A DNA stretch of 48,140 nucleotides, filler included, from Jimgerdemannia flammicorona (taxonomy: Eukaryota): the NCBI GenBank assembly GCA_003990765.1. It is 2 parts of 2 records of this genome, joined end to end, with 100 filler letters (N's around TTAATTAATTAA, not from the genome) between each part and the next. Parts side by side here need not be neighbours in the genome. Positions count along the whole stretch, not along the records: positions 1 to 24,020 come from RBNJ01001030.1; 1 more part is not named here. One strand, written 5' to 3'. The notes beneath the pieces were generated by a model that had not been told where the DNA came from, did not search any database, and was given only the letters and a program-made list of their open reading frames with translations. The stretch's first letter is position 1, and every line of letters starts with the position of its first letter. Shown here one piece after another: positions 1 to 12,350 of this stretch. The translations under genes and the position numbers were made by a program.

Positions 1-3000
1 CCCCCCTTACCCCTTCCCTGTGAAAGACCACTTTGTCGAATACTATCCCCACCCTCCCTCCACTCTGCTCACATATTCAGATCACCAAACCATGATGACG
101 TCCCCCCTGAGGACCCCAACCCACCCACCAACCAGTCAGCAGATCTCCTACCAGCTCCTCCCACCTCAACACCTTCTCTCGCAGCTTCAACCGCTGCCCC
201 TCCTCAAATACAAAAAGCCAATGGCCTGCCAATCCCACCCATACTGCTAACACCCATCCTACAGTGAGCCAACTATCCCCCACCCCACCCACTAGCCGAG
301 ATTTTAAGTCCTCCCAGTGACCCCCCTCCCCCACCAGCCAATGCCCAACACCCAGTCTATCCCCTATCTCAGCCCAAAATTCCCCCAAGACCTCACACTC
401 TCCCAGCCAATGTTCCGGCATCTGTACATAACTCCCAGCTTACCCAACATCATAGCACTCCTCACAGTCAAATTGTCCACCCTCTACTAAATACCCCAAG
501 TGGAAATTCAGCATGATATTCCTCCGCAACATTCTCCACCATACCACCCAGTACTTGGGAGGGAGCCACCTCCATACCTCAGTACTCCAAGACCAGATGC
601 CTGCCCAGTCCCACTCCTCTCTGATTCCAACCGCCTGTCAGCCACATGGCCAAAGGTTCTGGCTAAGCCCCTGCTGACACTCCACTCCCTACCCAATATC
701 GAACGCAGTCAGGGGAGTACCCCCCAGGAGCAGACTATCCCAACGCCACATATTAGGCCCCCACGCCACCTCCCCCTTGTTACCTCGCCAGTGCAGGCCA
801 ATTCGGTGAGCTCCCTCAGCCACTCTCCACCAAAACCCCTTGAACTGCAGCCTCCGAACTCCATTCAGCCCCACCAAAGAGAGCAGATCCCCAGAGGACC
901 CTCGAGGAGATGTTTGCATCTCCCATACCTTCTACAGCAGAGGCACCCAACCTCTGCCCTGCAATTCCACAGCTCTCTTCAAACACCAGGCTCTCAAGCA
1001 GTGCAGCCTCTTAGGGAAATCCACCTCCCCTGACTACCGGTCTTGCAAGAATATCCCAACTGACCTGAGACCTCCTCCCTGCCCAAATCCAATCCTTAGC
1101 CACCTTCATTAGCTTCTTCACCATCCATGCTGGGAAGTCTAGGTGATATGCCACATACTACAGCTTTGGGAACCAATATACATTCAGGATTGACACCCAC
1201 CCTGCTAGAGAGATATGGCGGCCTCCCCATCCTCGAAGGGCCTCCCCCCAACTGTTCACCTTGCCCTCCCACCACACTCATGGCAAGACAGAACCATATA
1301 CAGAGAGGAAGATGCCCAGATACTGCACCACCTCACCAGTAGGGACAATTGTTCCAATAACATCCCCACCCACTAACCCATTCCCTAGCACCATTGTCTC
1401 ACACTTATGCCAGTTGAGTTTCACCTCTGAATGAGCCTCATACCATTCCACAGTCTCCTGAAGTATTTCTACATCTGCCACAGACCCAAGTCCAACTACC
1501 ATATCATCAGCAAAGGCCCCCACCTTCCACACTATGCCATATATAGAGAGCCCTGCTATCTTCTGGTGAATCCTATCCATCAATGGCTCCAGTGAAAGGG
1601 CATAGAGAAATGGGAAAAGAGGGTCCCCCTGAGGTACTCCTCTTCCCAAGGGAAATGCCCTCCTGTGGTGACCATTACACATCAGAGCTGCCCGACTACT
1701 CTCCAGCAGACTCAACATAGAGGCCCTAAATATTAGGGGAACACCAATGCAGTCCAGTACCTTTCCCAGCCACACCTGCCATACATGGTCATAGGCCTTC
1801 TCCTGGTCCAGAAAGACCAACCTCCCATCCAGTCTACAGGCCCAGGCCCCTTCAATGACACCATGAACCCATGCAGTCCCATCTCTTATTAGTCTACCCC
1901 CAACAAAGCCCCTCTGCTCTTCCTCCAGCACCTGTTGGGCAACCTTCTGCAGCCTTGCGACAATAACCTTAGTCACCATCTTCCTGTCCATATCCAGAAG
2001 CATGATCAGCCTCCAGTTCTTCCAGTCTTCCCTTCTTCCCTTATCTTTGTACAGGAGGGCCACCAGCCCTAGATCCTGCTCTCCAACCCACTTACCACTC
2101 TGAAGGACATGGTCACAAAGATCAGCCATCTCACCCAAAACGCCAGGGACATTCACCATCTTCATCCAGAAGTCCCAAGGCAATCCATCCTCCCCTGGTG
2201 CTGTCCCAAGCTTAGTTGCTGCCAGGATACCCTGGATCTCCGCTCCCTGGACTGGTAAGACCAAGTCCCTCAGTCCATCAACCTGCAGTGGTTCCCACTC
2301 CTCTAGTGTATCTGCAATCTCTGCCTCATCTGCACCCCCTTCTCCCTCACTCCACAAACCCTGCCATCTCTCCTTCAAGATCCCCAGGATTTGTTGCGTG
2401 CCATGAACCATGTCCCCATCAGCATCCAGGACTCCATCCCACCGATGATGCACCCTCCTAGCTTTGAGAAGTCTCGATAAGTACCTAGTAGGCCGCTCAC
2501 TCTCCTCAAGCCCCTGCCATCGCAGCCTAGCAGTCATGCCCCACATATGTATCTCCTCCTCTTCCTGCAGCACCTGTTGCAGTTCCACTATCTCCAATTT
2601 CGCCCTCTCTATCCTCCAATCCTCCATCCCTACAACAGTGACCAAGTCAGCTCAATTTATTTATAGTCTCCTCAGCCTACTGGAAGCACACCTCGTGCGC
2701 CTCCTTCTCTGCCGCCCAGCCTCCCTACCAGCCTCTCCTCAATAAAACCTTGCAGCCTCTTTCAATCTCATCCATCGGACAGCCACAGGCAAACCCTCAT
2801 GCTTCCAGGTACAAACTTTTGCCTGAATGTCCTCCACCCATAGTTTCCACAGCCCCTTCTCAGCCAGCAGGGAGGAGTTAAGGTGCCAATGTCCGGGTCC
2901 ATCTCCACTCTCCCCAAACTGTCCCTGCCCCAACAGTCCCCAATGATCAGACCATGGGCACCACTCCACTTCCAACGCCTTCCAAACATCTGAACCCCAG

Positions 3001-3623
3001 CACTCTGCCGTCAAAATCCAGTCAATCCTTGTGCCCAGGCCATTCACCCAATGCATGTAAACCCTGGCGGCACCCCACCTCATTCGGCCCATATCCCCCA
3101 AGGAGCTCAGTGTCTCCACTTCCTCCCATGTATCCAGACCTCCACTTCTACCCCCAGCACCCCTCCCTCCATCAGTTCTATCCAGACGCTGAACCCGAAC
3201 TATATTAAAGTCCCCACCGAGAACATTGACCCCTTCCTCCAAGAAAATACCCTCCTCCAGCAATCCCCTAATCCATGCAATCCTCTCACCCCTAGCCGCA
3301 GGGCAGTAGCAAGAGCCCACCTTCACCGATTCCCACCCTGGCCAATGCCAATCTCCCCAGACCAAGCGATTGCCCCAGCTTCTGATTCTCCCCAAGTCTC
3401 CTCTGCCCTTCCTCACCAGAATTGCCACCTTTCCAAACCAAGCAGCAGCCCCCCCCCACTCCCTAGTCCACTCCTCCCGATCATCCTCATCCTCACATCG
3501 AACATCCTGTAACAAAAAGAGATCAGCCTCCAATCCCTTGAGCCAAGTAAAAATGTTCCTACGCTGCCCAGAGCCCCTTAGCCCATTCATATTCAAGGAA
3601 AACATGTTGGTTGTACTGTTCAT
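1..3623 (-). pseudogene. A1 ORF2 (APE endonuclease + reverse transcriptase + C-terminal Cys/His motif); stops and frameshifts
   Basis: EN motifs SLNMNGLR, LLQD, GGDFN, TRIDW, WSDH (2739-3623). RT motifs APGEDG, NWRLIMLL, QRGF, LDQEKAYD, GVPQGDPL, AFADD, YLG (1278-2645). C-terminal DCEEC...PEHWLGEC near 400-470. Confidence 0.93.
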
Positions 3624-3655
3624 AAAGAATAATGGTATAAGTCAGGGCCCATCCT

Positions 3656-5670
3656 CTATAAGCTGGCATCCTGCCTCTCCTGCACCAAGTCCAAGTTTAG
3701 TTCAGTAGCCAGTTCCCTCTTCCCAGCTTCCCGTGCCTCCAACTCTCCCAGAAGTTCTACCATTGCCCCGTTCTCACGCTCCTCAAAATCCTCGCGGTAC
3801 TCTAGACAGGCCTCTTGCCAGAGCTGCAGACCATGATGCTCTGCCCAACAGTAATCTGCCCGCTCACCAGTGACCACCCCCAGCTCTGCCTTCCTCACCT
3901 TGTCAACCTCATATCCCTCCTCCTCCAGCAAAATCGCCAGAATTTCCACCTTCAGTGCCTCCACCATGCCATCCCCATGCAGGATCCTTGCCCAATGCTC
4001 CTCAGGCATCACTCGCAGGTCCACCTCCCCGAATGCTTCAGCTGCAAGGTTATCCATCACCTTGCATACATACCCACAACAAGTTCCCCACCTCCTTCCC
4101 TCCCAGAGTCCCCGGTCACCCTGCATCCAACATCATGGTGTTAGCTCCTACACTAGCAGCCTCATCCCACTCCTCCTCAGGGACATCCACCAGCTCATCC
4201 TTACCAACTGCCACAACCTGACCCCCTTGAGCCATATCAGGGACCCCAAAGCGCACCTGCTGGGCCCCCTGCATCTGTGTATCCTCTGTCCTCCCTTGCT
4301 TCCCCACTGGGCCCCTCCTGATAAGTGGGGGGGGGGGTGGCATCCAACTCTGGCTCCCACACTTCAAAGGTACCATCAGCAAATGGATCCTTATCCAGCC
4401 CCTTCCCAGTCCCTGCCTCCTTTGCCTCCACCTCCTCTCCCTCTTTACCAGCCCAGACACTGGCCTCAGTATCTCCAGCCCCCTCAGCTTCACCCGCCTT
4501 CTTCTTCCCCCCACCAGTCATACCCGCCAACAGCTCCTTCTGCTTCTTGCATCCCTGAATCCACTCCCACTGCTTCTTATCCATATGGATATGCCTCCCG
4601 CCCACAACCTTCAGATGCGTCAACTCCTCATACAGTTTCCAGGCCTTTGCCCTCCTCTCCACAGCCCCACCCAACTCCTCCAGTGCCTCCAACAAGTCCT
4701 CCTCCTCCTCTTCGCTCCCCTTCACCCTCGATACCTTGCAGATGACAGCCCCCTACATCAGCACCAAGGGCCAATCACTCGTCTTTCCTGTGGCCTCCTT
4801 CTCTGCCAACCGAATCCTGACATCAACGTCGTCTGTCCTGATAGTTGTCCCCTCCCACAACTGAAAGCCAATGTCTACCATATCTCCATACTCAACCATC
4901 ACCTCCTCCACCCTCCTCCTCATCTCCTCCTTAGTCACCATGGGCACCCCCCTCACCAGAAGCTGCACCACCCTGGGGTCCCACCTCAAGCACCTCACCA
5001 TGGGGACCACCACCTCCCCAACCACCACTCCTGTCTTCATGGCCTCGTCCAGTAGGCCCGCCTCCTCAAAGCCCACCTCAACCCCCTCCATGCCCTTCAA
5101 GAACTTCACCGAAGCCACCCCAGCCACCTGCCTCAAGATAAGCCCCAGGACCATCCTTGCCGTCACCACCAAGCCTCGGAAGCACAAGGTAGCTGCGAAC
5201 TCTGAGATTGACTTCTTGAGCAAAGGGGCCACCACCAGTCCCATTACACCATCTGCCAGGTCCTCCTTCCTCATTGGGAACCCCTGCCCCCCCTGGCCAT
5301 CAGCCATTACATCTCTTTTTTTTTCCTGATTTGCCATCACGCCACCATCAGCAGTCCCACCACTACCCCCAGCAGTCCCTCCACTTCCCCCACCTCCCAC
5401 CAGTGAAGGCCCAGCACCCCCAGCAGTTCCATCCTTCTGCTTCCCCTTCCCTTCTGCCGGTCCACCACGAGTGCCCAATGGCCAGCCTCCATCTCTCAGC
5501 GTGTCTGCAAAGCTCCTCCCCTGCTTCCCTCCAGCCCCCCCACCAGTGCCACCTCCACTCCCTGAGCCGCCTTGCCCACTTGAGCCACCAAAGGACCCCA
5601 TCCCCAATCCATACCCTCTCCCAACATGCTGCCAGTTGAAGGCCCCAGGTCCACCCGACCTAGTACACAT
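3656..5670 (-). pseudogene. A1 ORF1 (Gly-rich N-terminus, RRM-like region, acidic/helical C-terminus); frameshifted
   Basis: Pieces 4753-5715, 4237-4725 and 3656-4126. Contains RSFAD and the RRM-like VRGVPMVT...YGDMVDIGFQLWEGTTIRT, homologous to family B ORF1. Confidence 0.85.
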
Positions 5671-5777
5671 GTCAGCTTGCTTGCTGGTTGATATCTCCTT
5701 AATATCTTTCTCCAATAAATGCTTTGAAAGTATGTTGTAAAGTATGTATAATGTGAATTGTAGTGGAGAGAGATGTC

Positions 5778-8700
5778 CAGCTCACTACACCACTTACACT
5801 CCTTTTCACCTTCATCCTCCATCCACCCCATCCTGTACCCCAGCATAACATTCCTCAGTAAAAATCACCACCATACCACCCAGAACTTAGGTGGGGTTAT
5901 CTTGAGTAGAGAGGTCCCCCAACTCCAAATCTGGCCCCACTCCCACTCTTCTCCAAACCCAGCCTTCTGCCAACCAACTGGCCACCTCTCGAGCAGTCCC
6001 ATCCATATCCACTCCATCACCCCAGTTAAAGAGGATTCTGCCAATGAGTGGCCACCAATATGAATCACACCAAATTGCCACCATCACTGCTCTGAGTCCT
6101 CCTCTTTACTGCCAGGCTCCAGGCCCAGAAGTCCCATTGCTAACCAAGCTTCTACAATACCCCACCAGAATCCCCAATAACACAACCTGCCAACCATTCC
6201 AACCTGGAGCAAACCTCGCATATTCTTCTGAATCTCACTCCGGGGGCAGAACCTAACTTCCCAATTGTCCATAGCCAGTTTGCTCCAACCCTCCCCTCCT
6301 AGTTCCACCATTCGACGACCCCACCAGCCCCGAAGTACCTTCAGCCACCTTCTAAAGTCCACCAGCCCCAGCCCTCCATCTGCCTTCAGCATTACCATTA
6401 TCTCCCAACTAATCTGTGATCTCCTTCCCTGCCATAGCCATCTTTCGACCACCTTCTTCAGTTTCTGTACCACCCACCCTAGAAAGTCCAGATGATACCC
6501 CAAGTACCACAGCTTCAGCAACCAATATACATTCAAGACCACAATACTCTCAACCAAGGAGAATCCCCTCCCAGACCAGCCCACCAATGCATTCTCCCAT
6601 CTTTGTATCAATCCACACCACCACTCTTTTGACAGCACTGTCCCATATACCAAGAACCAGATACCCAAATATTGAACTGCCTCCCCAGAACCAACTAAAT
6701 GTCCAAAATGTCCATGCTCTTCCAAGCCTGCTCCAAGCTCCATGGTCTCGCACTTGCCCCAGTTCAATTTCACCCCTGCCAGCATCTCATACTGTCCTAC
6801 CCCTTCCTGCAGGCCGCCACATCTTCCACACTGCCTAACCCTACCACTATGTTATCCGCAAATGCCCTCATCTTCCAGACCACTTCCCCCATCTTCAACC
6901 TGGTAAGCCTCCCCTTCAGCCATGCCAACAAGGGCTCCAAGGATAAAATATAAAGTAGGGGTGAGAGAGGATCCCCCTGCGGCACTTCTCGCCCTAAGGA
7001 AAACTCTGGGCCATTCCACCCATTCATCAGCACTGCAGCCCAGCAACCTCGCACCAGACCCATCAGTTTTTGAGCCTCCCCCATCCCAAACCCAGCTTTC
7101 TATAGAACCACCTCCAAGTAGTTCCACCTCACCCTGTCATAAGTCTTTTCCTGGTCCAAAAACACCATTCTTCCATCTACTTGCTGGCTTCTACAACCCT
7201 TCAAAACATTTTGCACCCAGGCAGTGCTGTTTTGAATCTGTCTCCCCTTCACAAACCCTCGCTGTTCCTCACCAACCAATCTGCCAATCCATTGTTGCAT
7301 TCTCCCTGCCAGAATCTTAGAGACAAACTTCCTATCCACATTTAGTAACATGATGGGCCTCCAGTTCTGCCACACATGTCTATCCCCTTTCTCCTTGTAG
7401 AGCAGAGAGACTAGTCCCAAGGAGCCATTGCCTATCCAGCAGCCTTCCCCCAGTGTAAAGTTTGCCATTTCCATGAGCCATGCCCCAAACTCAGTTTGAA
7501 ACTCCTTCCAGAACTCCCAGGGCAGTCCATCCTCCCCTGGTGATGAGCCCATCTGCACTTTCCTCAGAACCTCCAACACCTCTTCAAGGGTCACCCTACC
7601 CATTACAGCCCCACCAATTGCCGGCTCTGCCACCACTGGCCAGCTGCCAACCAAATTGTTGTTATCCTCCAGCACTACCTCTCTCTCTACTAGCCCTCCA
7701 TTATCCTGCCATAGGGAGCACTATCAACCAGAGATCTCCCCAAGCATATTCGCAATATCTGTCACCTCTGTTCCATCCTCTCACAACACCGAAGCCCAGC
7801 TGTGCCACACTCTCCTAGCCTTCAAAATTCTGGATAAGTATTTGGTGGGTCGCTCCCCTTCTTCCAACTGTTTTGCTCACAATCTTGCCAGCAACCCATC
7901 CACCACCCTATCTTCTGCCACCTTCAAATCTGACCGCAACTCTGCCACCTCCTTGATCAATAGGGAGTGTCACTCCCCTGAGGTGTTCTCTCTTTCCAGA
8001 AGTTTTAGCTGCCAGCAAAGCCCCCACTCCACTCTCCTTTCTCTATCCTTTCACTCCCTTCCAGCTACCTCTCCTATATCACACCAGTATGCACCTGCTA
8101 GATGTTTAAATTTCCCCCACTACTGTGCTATTGACTGGCCACTGTTCTTCCACTGTGCTACTTCCTGTCTTGCAATTTTAAAAAACTTTTCCCATTCCAC
8201 CTGTCTCTTGAGTAGTGCCACATTAAGTCACCATCAGCCTCTGCCACCACTGGCTGCCTGGAATCTCCCACACACCTCCACACCCCAATGATCTGACCAG
8301 GGACACCACCGTACCTCTGACAAATCCAAAATATTACCCCAGCATTCCACTACTAGGATCCAGTCAATCCTTGTCCCAACCAAATTCTCACCAATCGGAT
8401 GCCACCTAGTAAATGACCCTAACTTCTCACCTCAATATTGTCGTACTCCATCAACCAATCCCATTTCCTTCTCAGCTTGAAGCCATCGCAAGAGCCCAGT
8501 GGATACTGCCACACTAACTCCACCATCCGACCTATCTAATGTCCTATCATGCACCATATTGAAGTCCCCTCCCAGAATGTCCAGCCCAATCTCATCTTGG
8601 CCTCCCCAATCTAGCCAACCTTCCACCCATTGGTTTTGCTCCCTGCCAACCACTGGTATATATACAGAGCCAACCACCAATCCATCATCAGCTCCTCCTT

Positions 8701-10551
8701 TCAATCTCCCCAAACCAATCGATCACTATATATCTCAACCTCCTTCAGCTCTCCTCTCCCCAAGCCAACCAAGATGCCCACCTGCTCATTCCACCCTGTA
8801 CTACTATACCATTCCTTGCTCCACTCCTCATAATCTTACTCCCCATAGGCATGAATATCCTGCAGAAATACCACATCATACTTCCTGTTCTTCAACCACC
8901 GAAACAAATGCCTTCACTTCACTCCATCACACAAACCATTGACATTTAGTGATAATATACATAAACTGTTCATCATCATGAATATAAGTATTTAAAGCTC
9001 AGCTAGAGCTGCCACCACCTTTTCAGCCCTACTACAGATTATTGCCTTCCGTTCCTTGCAGATAGCCCTCCAGATGTGGGCTCCATTCACACTACTGCAG
9101 AAGGCATCCACTCACTCTGATGCCACCTTCCTGATCTCAGCTATATGGTCCTCATCAACCTCATAACCTTCATCATCCAGAAGCACTGCCACCATTGCTG
9201 TCACCAACTTTGGCCCCTACAACACTACATTGAGAAACCCTTCCCAGGTCTCCTGTAATCTATTAAATATATCCACTTCCTTGATATCCTCCTCTGCAAG
9301 TTCCTCGAGCACTGCCTGATACCAGTCATCTGCCATCATCACCATGGGCCCAGGAGTGGCTGGCCTTGGAGTCCTGCTCAGCTCCTGCAGCATCTCTCTA
9401 TCTGCTGACACATCAGAAGCCACATCCACCAGGTCATCCTCCTCAGTGCCTTTCTCCAGCCAAACTACTTTGCCTGCTTCTGGGCATTCCCAATGAACAT
9501 TTGCTGCTCTGGCCATGCAAACATCCTCCAGCTTGGTCTCTAGTATCACCTCGATAACCTCCTCAAGGTCCCCTGTGTTCACCTCCTCCTTATCAGCCCA
9601 CTTTCCCTTTACTGGTATATGAGTAGAGTTCTCCACTCCCCCTAGTTGTGAAAAGGATACCTCAGCCATCTCCACCTCTTCCATCTGATTTTTGGCCAAC
9701 TCCACTCTCTCCTTTTCCTCCTTTTCTGAGCCCTGGAGGACTGTCTGCAGGCACTCCCAGTTTGCCCTTCACCACCTCTTCCTCCTCCCATCTGTCGGGA
9801 TCTAGATCCAGTCCTTGGTGAACTCCTCCCATCTCCTCTTCTGCAATTCCTTCGCAGCCTCTCTCTCTTTAAGGGCAACTAGCAATTCCTCCTCCTCTTG
9901 TTCAGAACCCTTCCTTCTCCACACTTTGCACTTCTGCCCTCTGACATGAATCACTTCTGGTCAGTCCCTCCCTTGCCCTGTGGCCTCCTTGCCCTCTAGT
10001 CTCACCATCACCTCGCAATTGCCATTCCTCAGCTTAGTCCCCTCCCAGAACATGAATCCGAAGTCAACCATCTCGCCGAACACCCCCAGTGCCTCCGCCA
10101 CCATTCCTTTGGTCTCCTGTCTCCCCAATGTTGGCAGCCCTTCAACCACCAGATGCACTGCCCACAGGTCCCATCTCAGGCACCTCGCCATACCCACCTT
10201 GATGCTCTTGACGACCAGCCCTTTCTCCAGGGCCTTCACCATGTCCTCCTCCTCAACAAATCCTATCTCAACTGCCTCTGCTGATGGGATGAACTTCAGC
10301 GACTCTGCCCCTGCAATCTCCTCCCCCACTAGCTGCAAGACCTCTCTAGCAGACATCCCCAGCCCCAAAAAATTTGCAGAAATGGCCCATGTCAACACTA
10401 ACTTATGGAAGAAGGGACGCACCATCAGTTCACCAGAACCTGCTGCCATCATCACCTTCTTCTTATTCTCCGATACTCCAGCAGTCACCCAGCCACTGGT
10501 CCAGCCCCAGGAATACCAGTCCCAGCCACACCACTTCTGGACCCCTGGCCC
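5778..10551 (-). mobile_element. Family B LINE copy B1, 5'-truncated, cut at its C-terminal Cys motif by A1
   Basis: Reverse complement aligns with B2/B3: ORF1 remnant ~8992-10551, ORF2 start ATGATGATG at 8971-8979, GGDFN, SPGEDG, LDQEKTYD, QGDPLSP, AFADN. It breaks at ECKWCSELD where A1 begins. Confidence 0.92.
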
Positions 10552-10697
10552 CAGAACTGGGAGTGTCTGCAGGCAGCCCTTCAAGGGGCAGCCATAGAAG
10601 AGGAGGTAAGAGTAGAGGCAGCCAAAAATCAGATAGAAGGAGTGGAGGCAGTAGAGGTGTCCTTCTCCCAGCTGGGTGGTGTAGAGAACTCAACACA
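10552..10697 (+). mobile_element. Fragment of a further B-subfamily ORF1 (host remnant between B1 and B')
   Basis: NWECLQAALQG...EVSFSQLGGVENST closely matches 13045-13190. Confidence 0.8.
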
Positions 10698-11279
10698 GAC
10701 TCAAACCACTTGGAGCGAGCTAAGCCACACAGGCATCTTTCAGCAAAAGACAATACGTTTTCAAGTTTTTATTTCGAACATACTGGTGCACATCGTGGGG
10801 CAGGAGTCTACCTACAAGGCATAACAAGTTTCATGGAAAATGGTCAAGTTTTGGTGACATGGCTAGTCAAGATTCCTCTAGCTCTGAGCATCTGGTAAGG
10901 AGGGGGCTGGGTTTGGATATTCCCAAGAGCTTTGCAGCTGCTGCCAAGACTGGTGTGACTGCAGGAAGGGCTGGTGGACAGGAGAGGACTGGGGGAATTG
11001 AGGCCTGGCATACAGTGGTTAGAAATAGGAGGGCTGCAGTTAGGCCCATGGAGGTTAGACAGGGGGGGCATAGTGTTGACAGGGGGAGGGGTCAGGTGAT
11101 GAGTCAGGTGACAGGTCAGGTGGCTGGCAGGGGACAGGGGTCTGGTGGTGGGATGCTGGGGACTGGTTCTTCTGTGGCTGGGCAGATGGCTGGGGAGAGG
11201 ACAGCTGGTCGCACAGCCATGCCTGGTGGGACAACTGCAGGTATTTTAGGGACTAAGAGAAAGGTGACTCTGGTGGCAG

Positions 11280-12350
11280 AACTTCTTACTCTCAAACCAT
11301 ACTGGTCAAAAGGTCTAGGTGGAAATTGGATCCCTACAGTGCAGGGGAAGGGGGGCCATCAGTGCCCCAAGGTTGGGTGTGCCAGAAGCAGCAAAAGAAG
11401 AGAAGTCCAATGGTGTCAAGTTGCCTCAACCTAAAGGCTACAGTTTTCAAGAATTCAAGAGTTTTGTATGCTCTGGTGGGCTGCAGGATGTGGGTCAGGC
11501 CCTTAGGCTTTCTTTCACTCAGGGGGGGGACTCTCACTGTATCCTCAAGGCATAGAGGTGTACTGAGTGATTTCAGAAGGGGCTTGGAGAATTTCGGAAG
11601 GTGCAGCTGGTGATTGGCTAAGATGGATGATGTGATTTTGAGACATATGGTGATGGTAGCTAGTGATTGGTAGATGCAGGATGGTGTGATTCAAGATGGC
11701 AGTGAAGATTGGGCCAGGCGATTGGCTATTGATGGTGTGATGATCAGCAGGGAGATCAGCAGGTGACTACTTTGCCGCTTTGGGGAGAGAGGAGCCGGTA
11801 GGCTGGGTGCATACTACAGGGGTACTCGAGGTGCTGGAGTCACATCCAGTGGCTCTTTAGGATAAGACCAGGTATGATGGCGGTATCACTTGAGGTACTG
11901 GTATCATAAGCCAGATGGTAACTTCTGACTCAGAGTTGGGAAGAGAGAGTAGCAGTCAGATGGCAGACCCATTCATTAAGTATGTAAGCTGGCACTGGGC
12001 AGCCAAGGTAAGGTGGAGTAACTCATGGTTGGGGATTATCAGGCCTGTATGCCATTTCATTTCTCTATATTATATATATTATTTATATGAGGGGGCCGGT
12101 TGTGGCCTTGGTGGTGCATTGTTATTGGTGGGGAGGGGGGGGTGAGAGTAACTCAGGGCAGAGAGAACCTGGCCCTGGCCACCTTGGCCTTGCCAAGATT
12201 AGGTGTCGGGTAGTCCAAGGCTACTCTTTTCAGGACCTGACCCCACTTACTTTCTTGTCAGGTAATCCGGGGGATGTTTTCCCACTGTTCACTATATAAC
12301 TATATTTGGAATAAATGAGTGTAGAAAAAAAAAAAAAAAAAAAAAAAAAA
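11280..12350 (+). mobile_element. Non-autonomous poly(A)-tailed retroelement 'D' (~1.05 kb, no recognisable protein)
   Basis: Flanked by AGGTGACTCTGGTGG(C/T)AG at 11262-11279 and 12351-12368. AATAAA lies just before a ~27 nt A tail. No EN or RT motifs in any frame. Confidence 0.85.

Larger units (their letters stand above)
1..5777 (-). mobile_element. L1/Tx1-like non-LTR retrotransposon, family A copy A1 (5' end intact, 3' tail just outside the window), inserted in copy B1
   Basis: The minus-strand 5' end GACATCTCTCTCCACTAC (~5777) matches the start of copy A2 (33421). It has ORF1 then ORF2 with APE endonuclease and RT motifs. Window position 1 aligns to ~60-70 nt before the poly(A) of A2. 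Confidence 0.93.

Noticed and set aside
10552..10697. Twin-priming 5' inversion of B1
   Set aside because: The inverted piece is not the missing 5' part of B1; it comes from mid-ORF1 of the B' subfamily, so it is better read as a host remnant.
10374..11434. ORFs spanning junctions (10374-10898, 10405-10824, 3' part of 10859-11434; also 15670-15888, 25510-25725, 31946-32164)
   Set aside because: Chance read-through across insertion boundaries, not genes.
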